From: Candidatus Bathyarchaeota archaeon
GTDB taxonomy: Archaea; Thermoproteota; Bathyarchaeia; TCS64
Assembly: GCA_963780545.1 (NCBI GenBank)
Contig: CAWACK010000008.1
Location: 135,988 to 199,987, forward strand
Length of the DNA: 64,000 nucleotides
Reading direction: 5' to 3'
Shown piece after piece: positions 19,127 to 29,010 of the stretch. The position numbers and the translations under genes are program-made. Position 1 is the first letter of the stretch. Each line of letters begins with the position of its first letter. The notes below the pieces were generated by a model, which saw only the letters and a list, made by a program, of their open reading frames with translations, had not been told where the DNA came from and did not search any database.

Positions 19127-19581
19127 ATCTCACAAACCAGAGACGATTAGCAGCCTCTTTACTCGAGGTAGGCATCAACCGCATTTGGATCGACCCAGAA
19201 AAGATCGAGGACGTAGAGGGTGCCATCACGCGCAATGAGGTTAGAAAGCTAATCAGAGAGAGCGTCATAAAGGCGATTCCAGAGAAAGGAACAAGTCGTG
19301 GACGCGCAAGAGTACTCGCCCAGAAAAAGAGAACCGGCCGTAGAATCGGTATGGGCACTAAGAAGGGAAAGAAGTTCTCCGAAGTCCCGGAAAAGACTCG
19401 ATGGATGAACCGCATTAGAGCACTAAGAAGGAAACTCACCGAGCTTCGCGACCAACGCATAATCACAGTCAGCACATATCGTAGCCTATACATGAAAGCG
19501 AAAGGTGGAGAGTTCCGAAGCCTAGCCGAATTAGAGAGGCACATAAATGAGCAGAAATTGAGGAGGCGTACATTTGGCTAA
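19123..19581 (+). CDS. rpl19e: 50S ribosomal protein eL19
   Basis: QRRLAA, IWIDP, WMNRIRALRR, LYMKAKGG. Confidence 0.97.
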   Translation: MNLTNQRRLAASLLEVGINRIWIDPEKIEDVEGAITRNEVRKLIRESVIKAIPEKGTSRGRARVLAQKKRTGRRIGMGTKKGKKFSEVPEKTRWMNRIRALRRKLTELRDQRIITVSTYRSLYMKAKGGEFRSLAELERHINEQKLRRRTFG

Positions 19582-20161
19582 GAACGCACGCTATAGGGTC
19601 GCTTATAGGCGTAGGAGAGAGCAAAAAACTGATTACCAGGCCAGAAGGATAATGGCCACATCGGAGCATCCAAGGTTTGTCGTGAGGGCATCTAACAAGG
19701 GTATTATAGCTCAGGTTGTAAAGGCTGAGTTAGATGGAGACAAGGTACTAACCCAAGCAGCATCCAGCGAACTTCTAACAAAGTACGGATGGCAAGCAAG
19801 CGGGAAGAGCATCCCAGCTGGCTACCTTCTAGGACTAATAGCCGGTCATAAAGCTATCAAGGTGGGGATCGATACCGTTTACCTTGACCTAGGTTTAAAG
19901 AGGCCAACAAAAGGATCGAAGATCTTTGCTGTTGTAAAAGGCGCCATTGATGCAGGGTTGAATATACCATGCGACAGCGACGTCATCCCGCCACCTGAGA
20001 GAATCAATGGCGGTGACATCGCAAAATACGCGCTGATGATAGACCCAGAGGGATACGAGAAACACTTCTCGGTCTACCTTAGGAAGGGCTTAAGACCTGA
20101 ATCTCTCCCTGACCACTTTGATAAAACTAAAAAGAAGATCCAGGAGGACTGGGCACAATGA
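19574..20161 (+). CDS. rpl18: 50S ribosomal protein uL18
   Basis: RRRREQKTDY, LDLGL, KGAIDAGL. Confidence 0.96.
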   Translation: MAKNARYRVAYRRRREQKTDYQARRIMATSEHPRFVVRASNKGIIAQVVKAELDGDKVLTQAASSELLTKYGWQASGKSIPAGYLLGLIAGHKAIKVGIDTVYLDLGLKRPTKGSKIFAVVKGAIDAGLNIPCDSDVIPPPERINGGDIAKYALMIDPEGYEKHFSVYLRKGLRPESLPDHFDKTKKKIQEDWAQ

Positions 20162-20802
20162 GTAGAGAATATCAGAGAGAAGGTCCATCTCTAGAGGACT
20201 GGGTTCCCCGTACACAGTTGGGAAAGATGGTCAAGGAAGGCCAGATCACTTCTATCCAGGACATATTCCGAGAAGGCTACAAGGTCAAGGAGGTCGAGAT
20301 TATTGACTCTTTAGTTCAAGACCTCAAGGACGAAGTCATAGACATAACCATGGTCCAAAAGCAAACCGACGCTGGGCAAAGCTCACGTTTCCGGGCAGTG
20401 GTTGCTGTCGGTAACGGGAATGGCCTCATAGGTCTCGGCGTGGGAAAGGCGAAGCGTGTCAGAAATGCCATCGAAAAAGGAATCCGCATGGCTAAGCTCA
20501 ACCTCTACCCAATTAAGAGGGGATGCGGTAGCTGGGAATGCGGTTGTGGTGAGAACCATTCACTCCCATTCCGCGTTAGAGGAAAGGCGGGAAGCGTAGT
20601 TCTCACCCTGTTGCCTGGTCCACAGGGTCTAGGTCTTGTAGTAGGTGACAACGCAAAGGTCGTCCTACAGCTTGCGGGAATCAAGGACTGCTGGTCGAAA
20701 GCCACAGGCACTACGACAACAACCACATCTTTCGCCCTAGCTACATTTAATGCATTAAAACAGACTACCAAAATAATGACCCCTCAGGAGTGGACGATGT
20801 AG
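20158..20802 (+). CDS. rps5: 30S ribosomal protein uS5
   Basis: WVPRTQLGK, QKQTDAG, RGCGSWEC. Confidence 0.97.
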   Translation: MSREYQREGPSLEDWVPRTQLGKMVKEGQITSIQDIFREGYKVKEVEIIDSLVQDLKDEVIDITMVQKQTDAGQSSRFRAVVAVGNGNGLIGLGVGKAKRVRNAIEKGIRMAKLNLYPIKRGCGSWECGCGENHSLPFRVRGKAGSVVLTLLPGPQGLGLVVGDNAKVVLQLAGIKDCWSKATGTTTTTTSFALATFNALKQTTKIMTPQEWTM

Positions 20803-20803
20803 T

Positions 20804-21277
20804 ATGTCAGGTAGAACTCTATTCGTCGTTCGCATAAGGGGAGGTATAGACGCCCAGAAAACCGTTAAGGACACTCTCACGATGCTTAGGATGGAGAAGA
20901 ACAACTACGCTACGATTCTTATGGAGAGTCCTTCTTATATTGGAATGCTTAGAAAAGCAAAAGATTACGTCACTTGGGGCGAGCCGACTGTGGAGGCGAT
21001 TAAACTCCTGCTCGAGAAGAGGGGAAAACTCGTTGGTGACGCAAAGATCACCGACGAGACTATAAAGGAACTGGGATACGAGAACATCGAGAAGCTCGCC
21101 GAGTTAATCATATCCGGGGAGATTGAGTTCAGTCAGCTCAATGGCGTCAAACCCTTCTTCAGAATGCACCCCCCAAAAAAGGGATTCAAGAGAACAGTCA
21201 AACGCCCATACAACGATCATGGTGAGCTTGGATATAGGGGCGAAGCCATTAACGAGCTCATCAAGAGAATGTGCTAA
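20804..21277 (+). CDS. rpl30: 50S ribosomal protein uL30
   Basis: VVRIRG, VTWGE, FRMHPPKKG, GELGYRG. Confidence 0.96.
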   Translation: MSGRTLFVVRIRGGIDAQKTVKDTLTMLRMEKNNYATILMESPSYIGMLRKAKDYVTWGEPTVEAIKLLLEKRGKLVGDAKITDETIKELGYENIEKLAELIISGEIEFSQLNGVKPFFRMHPPKKGFKRTVKRPYNDHGELGYRGEAINELIKRMC

Positions 21278-21297
21278 AAGGAGATTAGGTGAATAAC

Positions 21298-21723
21298 ATG
21301 CCTCACGATCTGAGAAGAACACGGAAATACCGCGGGTCGAGATACTGCGGATGGGGCCAAGTTGGCCAGCACCGTAAGTCCGGCAGCCGAGGAGGAAAGG
21401 GATTCGCCGGAGGCCACAAGCATTTCTGGATCCAAACTGTAAAGTACAACCCCCTCAGGTACAGACGCATAGGCTTTGTACCACCATCGCTACTGAAGCC
21501 GGTACCAGCAATAATAAACATCGGAGAACTTGAGGACCTAGCTGTTAAGGTGTTGGGTGCAGAAGCAGTTAAAGACGGTGCTGAATTAAACTTAACTGAG
21601 ATAGGAGTAGGAAAACTCCTCGGAAGAGGAACCCTAGTTACTGCTCTTAAAGTTACGGTGGAATCAGTATCCGCGAGTGCCAAAAGTAAATTATTGAAAG
21701 CCGGCGGCTCTATAGTAGAGTGA
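21298..21723 (+). CDS. rpl15: 50S ribosomal protein uL15
   Basis: RGSRYCGWG, GSRGGKG.AG, KLLGRG. Confidence 0.96.
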   Translation: MPHDLRRTRKYRGSRYCGWGQVGQHRKSGSRGGKGFAGGHKHFWIQTVKYNPLRYRRIGFVPPSLLKPVPAIINIGELEDLAVKVLGAEAVKDGAELNLTEIGVGKLLGRGTLVTALKVTVESVSASAKSKLLKAGGSIVE

Positions 21724-23138
21724 TAGCTTTGCGCTTCCTCGAGCTCTTCAAGCCCATATCCCGGATAATACCGGAGGTAAAGGCGCCAGAGAGGAAGGTG
21801 AGCTTCCAAAATAGGCTCATATGGACACTTTTGGCGCTCCTAATCTACTTCATAATGTCAGAGGTCCCAATCTATGGAATACCCCTCCAGCAAGGAGGTG
21901 ACGTATTCACCGCCTATAGGGTGATTTTTGCCTCGACCAAAGGAACTCTTATGGAGCTAGGAATTGGCCCCATAGTCACAGCAGGGCTCATTATACAACT
22001 GCTCGCTGGCTCAGATATCATATCCTTTGATAGGACCAGTGCTGAAGATCGTGGATTATTTACCACAGCAAGTAAATTCTTCTCTATAGTAATGATAATA
22101 ATCCAAGCCTCACTTTACATAATAAGCGGGCAATATGGAACAGTTACTCTAACAAAGTCACTTTTAATTTTTGGCCAACTCCTATTCGCCGGCATCATAA
22201 TAATGATGCTCGATGAATTAGTTCAAAAAGGCTGGGGCATCGGAAGCGGAATAAGCCTATTCATCGTTGGCGGAATTACGGCGAATATTTGGTGGAGCAG
22301 TCTAAGCTTCATCAACTACGATGGTAGAGCATATGGCGCAATCGTTGCCTTCTTCCAAGGAATCTGGACTCGAATGCCAGTTTTGGAGTGGTTTTATCGG
22401 TCGAACGGCGCACCAGATATGATAGGCTTCTTCACTACAATAGTTGTTTTCCTCGCCGTAATATATTTCGAAGGAATGCGCGTAGAGTTACCAATTAGCC
22501 ACAGCCAATATAGGGGATACCGTGGAAGGATGCCAATCAAACTACTTTACGTATCTAACATTCCTGTGATACTCGCTTACGCAGTGTTTGCAAACATACA
22601 GTTGGTTAGCCAGTTTGTCTGGAACAGATGGAACACTGGTAATAATGGTGGCTGGCTAAATTGGATTGGCACCTTTACTCATAACTCACAAGGCACACTC
22701 GTCCCAACTGGAGGACTAGTGTTTTACATAACCTCTCCTGGTGGCCTCCAAAATGTTATATCTGCTCCGATGAGAGCCGTTATCTACGCCGTAATCGTAG
22801 TGTTCTTCTGCGTGATCTTTAGCCTAACTTGGTTGGAGATAGGTGGTCTTAGTGCAGAAGATATGGCTGACCAACTCCTCGAGTCAGGCATGCAGATACC
22901 AGGCTTTAGAAGGAATAGACAACCAATCGTTACACTGTTGAACAGGTATATCCCAACAATAACAATAATAGGTGGAGCCATAGTCGGAGTACTCGCTGCC
23001 GTATCCGACTTCTTTGGAGTCTTCGGAAGTGGAATGGGTGCCTTACTTGCAGTTAGCATACTATATCAGTACTACCAAACCCTGGTTCAGGAACAAGTCG
23101 CAGATCTATACCCCTTCTTAAGAGGCGCCTTAGAGTAA
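21720..23138 (+). CDS. secY: Preprotein translocase subunit SecY
   Basis: LMELGIGPIVTAG, GWGIGSGISLFI, PIKLLYVSNIP, QIPGFR. Confidence 0.97.
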   Translation: MIALRFLELFKPISRIIPEVKAPERKVSFQNRLIWTLLALLIYFIMSEVPIYGIPLQQGGDVFTAYRVIFASTKGTLMELGIGPIVTAGLIIQLLAGSDIISFDRTSAEDRGLFTTASKFFSIVMIIIQASLYIISGQYGTVTLTKSLLIFGQLLFAGIIIMMLDELVQKGWGIGSGISLFIVGGITANIWWSSLSFINYDGRAYGAIVAFFQGIWTRMPVLEWFYRSNGAPDMIGFFTTIVVFLAVIYFEGMRVELPISHSQYRGYRGRMPIKLLYVSNIPVILAYAVFANIQLVSQFVWNRWNTGNNGGWLNWIGTFTHNSQGTLVPTGGLVFYITSPGGLQNVISAPMRAVIYAVIVVFFCVIFSLTWLEIGGLSAEDMADQLLESGMQIPGFRRNRQPIVTLLNRYIPTITIIGGAIVGVLAAVSDFFGVFGSGMGALLAVSILYQYYQTLVQEQVADLYPFLRGALE

Positions 23139-23270
23139 ACCAGGGGGCTGAATCCGCGCACAGACTGAAAAACGATCGAATATGAAAGTTGAGATGATAG
23201 AAAAGTTCGCTGTCAATAAATAGTCACGGAACCTTTTTCAATTCTTTACCTCGATATAGGCTAGGTCTAA

Positions 23271-24563
23271 ATGTATCAGCCACCACGTGGGACCCGAGAC
23301 TTCCTTCCAGAGGAGATGAATAAGAGAAATTGGGTTCTTGACAGGATTAGAGAGGTTTTTGAGGCATACGGTTTCGAGCCTCTGGGGACACCTGCTTTTG
23401 AGAGTTGGGAGTTACTCAAGGTGAAGAGCGGAGCGGATGTCATCAACCAAATTTACTACTTCAAAGATAAATCTGAACGAGAGTTAGGCCTTCGTTTCGA
23501 GTGGACCGCTAGCCTCGCGCGTGTAGTAGCGACGCATAGAGAACTCCAGATGCCTTTCAAACGGTATGCTATAGGACCTGTCTGGAGATACGAAAACCCA
23601 AGTGAGAAACGTTTCAGAGAGTTTTGGCAAGCTGACGCGGATATAGTTGGGGTGAAAGAATCAATTGCCGACGCAGAGGTTCTATCCACAGCAGTTGATT
23701 GTCTTAGACATCTTGGATTTGCGGGCTTCGTGATTAAACTAAATGACAGGAGAATCATTGAGGCATTAATCCAAGCAATTGGCATGCCAACAAATCGGGT
23801 GTTGGATATAATAAGGGCAGTTGATAAACTGGAGAAGATAGGCAGAGACGGTGTCATAAATGAACTTTCTAAGCTATCAATTGATGAACAAGCAACTGTG
23901 GAGCTTTTAGATATTCTTACCCTCAATGGAAGCCCTAATGAAGTTCTTGCTCGAGTCGAAGAACTTTTCAAAGATATCCCTAAGGGAGTCGAGGGGATTG
24001 AATCCTTAAGGCAAATACTCGATTACGCGAAATCATTCGGATACGCTGAGTATATTGTCGTCGATTTAAGCCTCGCCCGTGGCTTAGATTACTATACGGG
24101 ACCAGTTTTTGAAGTTTCGGCGAAAGGGTACGAAGACTATGGAAGCATCGCTGGTGGTGGCCGGTATGATGAGATAATAGGGCTCTTTGGTGGAGATACT
24201 ACACCTGCAACAGGCATTTCTTTAGGTATAGAGCGTCTTGTTCCTCTGCTTGAACTGAAAGGCGGTTTCGAGGGAGCAAAGCTCGGAGTTGATGTCCTTG
24301 TTGCACCTATCTCAGATAACATGAGAAATGAGGCGATCGCTATTTCAAAGGAATTAAGAGATGCAAGAATATCTACTTTGCTTGATCTCCTTGGCCGCCG
24401 CCTCTCTAAGCAACTTGAGTACGCTTCGAAAAAGCTTGTGAAGAAGGTAGTTATCGTGGGGGAAAAGGAGTTGTCGGAAGGCTTTGTCATACTACGAGAC
24501 ATGAAAACGGGAGAACAGGTCAAGGTGAAGCGCAGGGAGTTAATCAATCATCTCCGCAGTTAA
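23271..24563 (+). CDS. hisS: Histidine--tRNA ligase
   Basis: PRGTRDF, RFREFWQ.D.D, LARGLDYYTG, GGGRYD. Confidence 0.97.
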   Translation: MYQPPRGTRDFLPEEMNKRNWVLDRIREVFEAYGFEPLGTPAFESWELLKVKSGADVINQIYYFKDKSERELGLRFEWTASLARVVATHRELQMPFKRYAIGPVWRYENPSEKRFREFWQADADIVGVKESIADAEVLSTAVDCLRHLGFAGFVIKLNDRRIIEALIQAIGMPTNRVLDIIRAVDKLEKIGRDGVINELSKLSIDEQATVELLDILTLNGSPNEVLARVEELFKDIPKGVEGIESLRQILDYAKSFGYAEYIVVDLSLARGLDYYTGPVFEVSAKGYEDYGSIAGGGRYDEIIGLFGGDTTPATGISLGIERLVPLLELKGGFEGAKLGVDVLVAPISDNMRNEAIAISKELRDARISTLLDLLGRRLSKQLEYASKKLVKKVVIVGEKELSEGFVILRDMKTGEQVKVKRRELINHLRS

Positions 24564-25091
24564 GCTGTTGAAATCGAGTTTTCCGAGACTATAATATATA
24601 ACCTCTCCTCTCCTGTCCACGACTGCGAGTTTCAAAAACTTATTCCACTTCATTATCTCATTAAGAACTTCCTCTAGATGACCTATTGTTTCTGTAATGC
24701 CCTCGGAAACCGTATAGATATAATAAATGGGAGATTTCTTCATATAACTACCTCGTTCATAGACTTCAAAACCGAGATTATTTTCTTTTGTTTTTTTTAC
24801 AACGAAGCCCCTTCCACGGATATCTCGGTATACAATATACTTAGTCCAAAGTAGATTGTCTTTTAGTAGTTCCTTATCCAATAATTCTTGGAAAGAAAGT
24901 ATCTGCCCACCCTCTTCATTGATTACAAAAATTCGCTCCTTCTCAATTAGGCTAAGCGCTTCGCATGGATCCAGGATAAGTACATTAGGATTTATACGTG
25001 AACCATAACCGTCTTGATAAAGGTTGTCTGCCTCATTTTGTGCGGGAATTATTATTTTCTTATCACTGTAGATGGCACTTATCTGCTGCAC
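24540..25091 (-). CDS. endA: tRNA splicing endonuclease subunit, probably the structural (non-catalytic) type
   Basis: EAL.L, YIVYRDIRGRG, LAVVD..GEVIYY; the catalytic His expected after the VY motif is not evident. Confidence 0.8.
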   Translation of the reverse strand: MQQISAIYSDKKIIIPAQNEADNLYQDGYGSRINPNVLILDPCEALSLIEKERIFVINEEGGQILSFQELLDKELLKDNLLWTKYIVYRDIRGRGFVVKKTKENNLGFEVYERGSYMKKSPIYYIYTVSEGITETIGHLEEVLNEIMKWNKFLKLAVVDRRGEVIYYSLGKLDFNSLTAEMID

Positions 25092-25206
25092 GACTTGTAT
25101 CCTATGTTTTTCCCTGATAAAAGCTTATTAGACGATTTTCTTTATCATTTATCTTTATCCTTTTCAGATTTGAAAATTACTATAAAAAGACTGGGTGAAG
25201 AATTTG

Positions 25207-25563
25207 TTATGGTGATGAAGGCTTCTTTATCTCCCAACGACTGTCTCGACCTTCTCTTATCCATATTCCCCCAACGGAACGTATCGTATCATTAATCGGA
25301 CCCCAAAGGTCTCCAAGAAATTTCTTTGGGCTCACAATTGTTGCTTCCTCGCCGTCTTCGATGTTGAGTAAATTTGTGTCGACGCCAGCTGTCTTAAGCT
25401 TCTCTTCGAAACTAGAGGGAGGCCACTCATCAGGTTTTTCTTCCTCTATTTGGTGGGCTACCTTTGTTACATTTCCAACTGACAATATGATGCCAATTTT
25501 TGATCCACAATCTGGACATGTAAGCCAGATTATTTTTGACTCCTCTTTACTCAAGGGGACCAT
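25207..25563 (-). CDS. Hypothetical protein with an N-terminal CPxCG motif
   Basis: LTCPDCGSKIG; 118 aa open frame. Confidence 0.65.
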   Translation of the reverse strand: MVPLSKEESKIIWLTCPDCGSKIGIILSVGNVTKVAHQIEEEKPDEWPPSSFEEKLKTAGVDTNLLNIEDGEEATIVSPKKFLGDLWGPINDTIRSVGGIWIREGRDSRWEIKKPSSP

Positions 25564-25675
25564 CTGATGGTTTAGAAGAATGTGACCTAATAAATCCTAT
25601 TCCTAATAAACTTCGTATTAAGTTCTGTAAAAATTGTTATAACTCTATATACTATAATTAGTTTGAGGGTTGTTC

Positions 25676-25849
25676 TTGAGTGCTCAGACGAATGAATTTA
25701 TATGCCCCTACTGCCCCCGAAAGTCCGCTAGTCCTGGAGGAGTGAGGTTCCATGTTAAGCTTACACATCCCGAAAAACTGGATGAGTTTACCTCTATGTA
25801 CCTTCCTAAGATGACCGCCCAGTTTAAGGAACTTAACCCAGAAACCTGA
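25676..25849 (+). CDS. 57 aa C2H2 zinc-finger microprotein (not in ORF track)
   Basis: MSAQTNEFICPYCPRKSASPGGVRFHVKLTHPEKLDEFTSMYLPKMTAQFKELNPET*; C-x2-C-x12-H-x4-H spacing; GAGGGT before the TTG start. Confidence 0.8.
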   Translation: MSAQTNEFICPYCPRKSASPGGVRFHVKLTHPEKLDEFTSMYLPKMTAQFKELNPET

Positions 25850-25905
25850 TTTCCGAAGTGGTGTAATATACTCTACATTTTTTGTGCCATGGATAGAAAG
25901 TCTGG

Positions 25906-25937
25906 CCCTAATCTTGAAGGTATACATTTTATAAGGC
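25906..25937. repeat. Dispersed 32-bp intergenic repeat, copy 1
   Basis: 27 of 32 positions identical, ungapped, to 31113-31144. Confidence 0.6.
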
Positions 25938-26138
25938 ATAGTTATAGTGTATCGATCTAAGTCCGATCTTTAATGGATATACTATTCGAGATGTAAATTC
26001 GTTGAAAGATGAATGTCGCCAGAATTAATTGATCGAAGGATCGAATAGAAGCCTTGGATAAATAAATTGGCTTTCCAATGAATCGACATTAATGCCAACC
26101 AATTTATAATCTCATAAACTAGAATAATCCGATTTCCC

Positions 26139-26862
26139 ATGAAACTAACTGAATCAGTTTACCTAGTTGGTGGAGCTGCGTATGGATTATCACCGGCTGG
26201 AGACTGTAATGTGTACCTGATTGATGGCGGAAAAGAACTTGCGTTAGTTGATACGGGTAGCGGGCATGGAGTAAAGAAAATTCTGGAAAATGTGAGGATC
26301 GATGGTTTCGATCCAAGTAACTTAAAATCGCTTTCCTCACTCATTGCCACTTCGATCATATCGGCGGCGCATATGAGTTGAAACATATAACTAAGTGTAA
26401 ACTCCTCGCGCATGAAAATGACGCCCAATCTATCGTTGATCTCGATGGTAATGTTTTATTGGATATAGCAAAGGAACAGGGACTTAGTATTAAGGCGCCT
26501 CAACTAGATAGCGTGATTAGAGAAGGTGATTGCATAAACGTTGGAAACCTAATTGTTAAAGTGCTGCACACACCGGGACATACCCCGGTTGCATATCCTT
26601 ATGTATCATAGAGAAGGATGGAAAGAAGGCTATATTCACTGGAGATATAGCATTCGCCACAGGTATGCTAGGTTTCATAAATGGACCAGGTTTTGATTTA
26701 GAATCGTGGAAAGTCAGTATTAAACGGCTCATTTCCGAGAAACCTGAAAGAATCTATCCCGGTCACAGTACTTTCATGCTAAGTGGAGCCACCGAAGATC
26801 TAATTTTGACCGATAAAAAGATGAATGCGCCTTGGACTACGATAGTGACAAGCGTAGGTTAA
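26139..26862 (+). pseudogene. Metallo-beta-lactamase fold hydrolase with two frameshifts
   Basis: NVYLI, VDTG, THCHFDH, HTPGHT, FTGD and PGH are spread over three frames; shifts fall in the homopolymers near 26324 (A run) and 26583 (C run). Confidence 0.85.
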
Positions 26863-26866
26863 CAAA

Positions 26867-27646
26867 TTGGAGCACTCTCAGAGACAGGTGATTCTTGAAT
26901 CTCCCTCACTTGATGATGCTTTTTGTGCTGTGAAGTCTGGACTAAGTCTAAGAAAAGTAGTGATAATGGCAGGAAAATGCACCGTCTGTTACGAAGGAAG
27001 AGCGAGTTCACGTTTAGAGGCTGGAGAGAGACTAGCAATCTTCAAACCTGACGGCTCGGCTCTTGTTCACCGCCCTAGAGAATATCCACCCGTCAACTGG
27101 CAGCCGCCTGGTAGCCTCTACCAGACGAAGCTAACGAAAGAGGGGCTAGTAGTTAGAATATTCCGAAAAAAAGATCACGAGTTAATGGAGGTAACCTTCA
27201 CCGAATTAAAAATGGTCTCTGTTCTTGAACTCAAAGACGCAGGTGAATTCAGTTTGTATGCGTCTGAAAATGACATGAAGCAGGCTATTCTTTACCAGCC
27301 ATCACTGCTTGAGGAGGGTTTCAGACCGATAACTAGTGAGAAACCCGTCGACCCAGGGTTCATAGATATACTTGGAGTTGATAAGAATAACATTTTGACG
27401 GTTGTAGAAATTAAAAGAGTAAAGGCCTCTAAAAAAGCTGTTCTACAGTTAAAAAAATACATGAATTATATCAATTTAGATGCAAACAGGCGAGTGAGAG
27501 CTATACTTGTCGCCCCTGAATTGGGTGTGGGTGTTAATGAGTTTTTGAACTCTTTTGGCTATGAGTTTAAGGCTCTTTCACCTCAAACGTGTGCTGAGGT
27601 AATAAAGCTCAAAACTATCAAGCCAATTACGGATTTCTTCAAATAA
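26867..27646 (+). CDS. nucS: Mismatch-specific endonuclease NucS/EndoMS
   Basis: YEGRASS, KPDGSALVH, PVNWQPPG, IDILG, VEIKR, QLKKY. Confidence 0.94.
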   Translation: MEHSQRQVILESPSLDDAFCAVKSGLSLRKVVIMAGKCTVCYEGRASSRLEAGERLAIFKPDGSALVHRPREYPPVNWQPPGSLYQTKLTKEGLVVRIFRKKDHELMEVTFTELKMVSVLELKDAGEFSLYASENDMKQAILYQPSLLEEGFRPITSEKPVDPGFIDILGVDKNNILTVVEIKRVKASKKAVLQLKKYMNYINLDANRRVRAILVAPELGVGVNEFLNSFGYEFKALSPQTCAEVIKLKTIKPITDFFK

Positions 27647-27711
27647 ATATTGTTTTATGTTTTATTATAATGGGACAAAAATATCAATAAACTTAGAAAC
27701 ACGTTGATTTT

Positions 27712-28908
27712 TCATTTTATAATTTTTAACTGTTTACCGACATCTTCAATTGTCATTAAGACATCATCAAGCTGTTCTCGATTGAGCTTCGCGCTCATTT
27801 GAACACGTATCCTTGACTTATCGCGAGCAACCATAGGAAAGACAATAGGAACGACGAAGATACTCTTTTCATATAGCTTATCCGCGAGAGCTTTTGCAAC
27901 TTGGCTCTCACCAACTATGATGGGAATAATTGGAGTCTGACTCAGACCTGTATTAAAGCCGAGGTCGTTTACAGCTTTTTTGAAATAGTTCGTGTTCTTC
28001 CATAGAATATCCACATGCTGCGGCTCATTCTCTAGAACGTCAATGGCAGCTATCGTAGCGGCAGCTACTGGTGGGGGGGGAGATGAACTGAGGAGCCATG
28101 TTCTACTTTTATTCCAGGCAAACTTGACGAGATCTTCGGAGCCCGAGATGTGACCACCGACTGTGCCATACGCTTTACTAAATGTACCCATCTCTACATG
28201 AACGCGCCTATGGTCGAGGTGAAAGTAGCTTATGATCCCTCTACCGCTTTCGCCGAGTACACCTTCACCGTGAGCGTCGTCTACATAAACCATGGCGCCA
28301 TGCTCAGCGCCAAGTTTAGCTATTTTGTCTAAGGATGCGATGTCACCATCCATGCTGAAGACGCCGTCGGTTATGATCAATATTCTTCTATACAGTGGGA
28401 TGTGCCTTTCTGCGTCGTCTAGGACTTTGGTTAGATCCTCCATATTGTTGTGTTTATAGACGGCTTTGTCTCCCCGTGCTAGGCGAACTCCATCGATAAT
28501 GCTGCCGTGATTAAGTTCATCGCTAATGATGAGGTCGCCCTCACCTACTAATTGAGGAATTAGGCCTGAGTTAGCTTGGAATCCTGTTGGGTAAGTAAGA
28601 GATGCCTCAGCATTTTTGAACTTGGCTAGCCTTTTCTCTAACTCCATATGGAGTTCCATTGTACCTGATATTGAGCGAACTGCACCAGAGCCGACTCCAT
28701 ACTTCTCTGTAGCAGCTATAGCAGCTGCTTTAAGTTTTGGATGGGTTGTCAAACCGAGATAGTTATTGCTGCAGAGGATGAGTACCTGTCTTCCGTCGAT
28801 GATTGAGATAGGCTCGCTGGGCCCTTGAATGGTTTTAAGCCTCCAGTCCAGCGACTTATCCACAAGCTCCTGATACTCCTTAGCAAGAAAACCTGTTGTA
28901 TCTCTCAT
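27712..28908 (-). CDS. kbl: Glycine C-acetyltransferase (2-amino-3-ketobutyrate CoA ligase), PLP-dependent
   Basis: SNNYLGL, SDELNHGSIIDG, DGVFSMDGD, VDDAHG, GTFSKA; divergent from a threonine dehydrogenase. Start may be 28908 or 28962. Confidence 0.85.
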   Translation of the reverse strand: MRDTTGFLAKEYQELVDKSLDWRLKTIQGPSEPISIIDGRQVLILCSNNYLGLTTHPKLKAAAIAATEKYGVGSGAVRSISGTMELHMELEKRLAKFKNAEASLTYPTGFQANSGLIPQLVGEGDLIISDELNHGSIIDGVRLARGDKAVYKHNNMEDLTKVLDDAERHIPLYRRILIITDGVFSMDGDIASLDKIAKLGAEHGAMVYVDDAHGEGVLGESGRGIISYFHLDHRRVHVEMGTFSKAYGTVGGHISGSEDLVKFAWNKSRTWLLSSSPPPPVAAATIAAIDVLENEPQHVDILWKNTNYFKKAVNDLGFNTGLSQTPIIPIIVGESQVAKALADKLYEKSIFVVPIVFPMVARDKSRIRVQMSAKLNREQLDDVLMTIEDVGKQLKIIK

Positions 28909-29010
28909 GGAATCACATTGTGAGATAAGTTGCGTGAAACCTTTACGTTTTTTGGGGGACATAGAAGGAGTTATTTGATTCTGAGGTGAGAAATAACATC
29001 GGGGGCTACT

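Noticed and set aside
25658..25939. 93 aa minus-strand ORF in the track
   Set aside because: It is the antisense shadow of the C2H2 zinc-finger gene, which has a motif and a ribosome-binding site.
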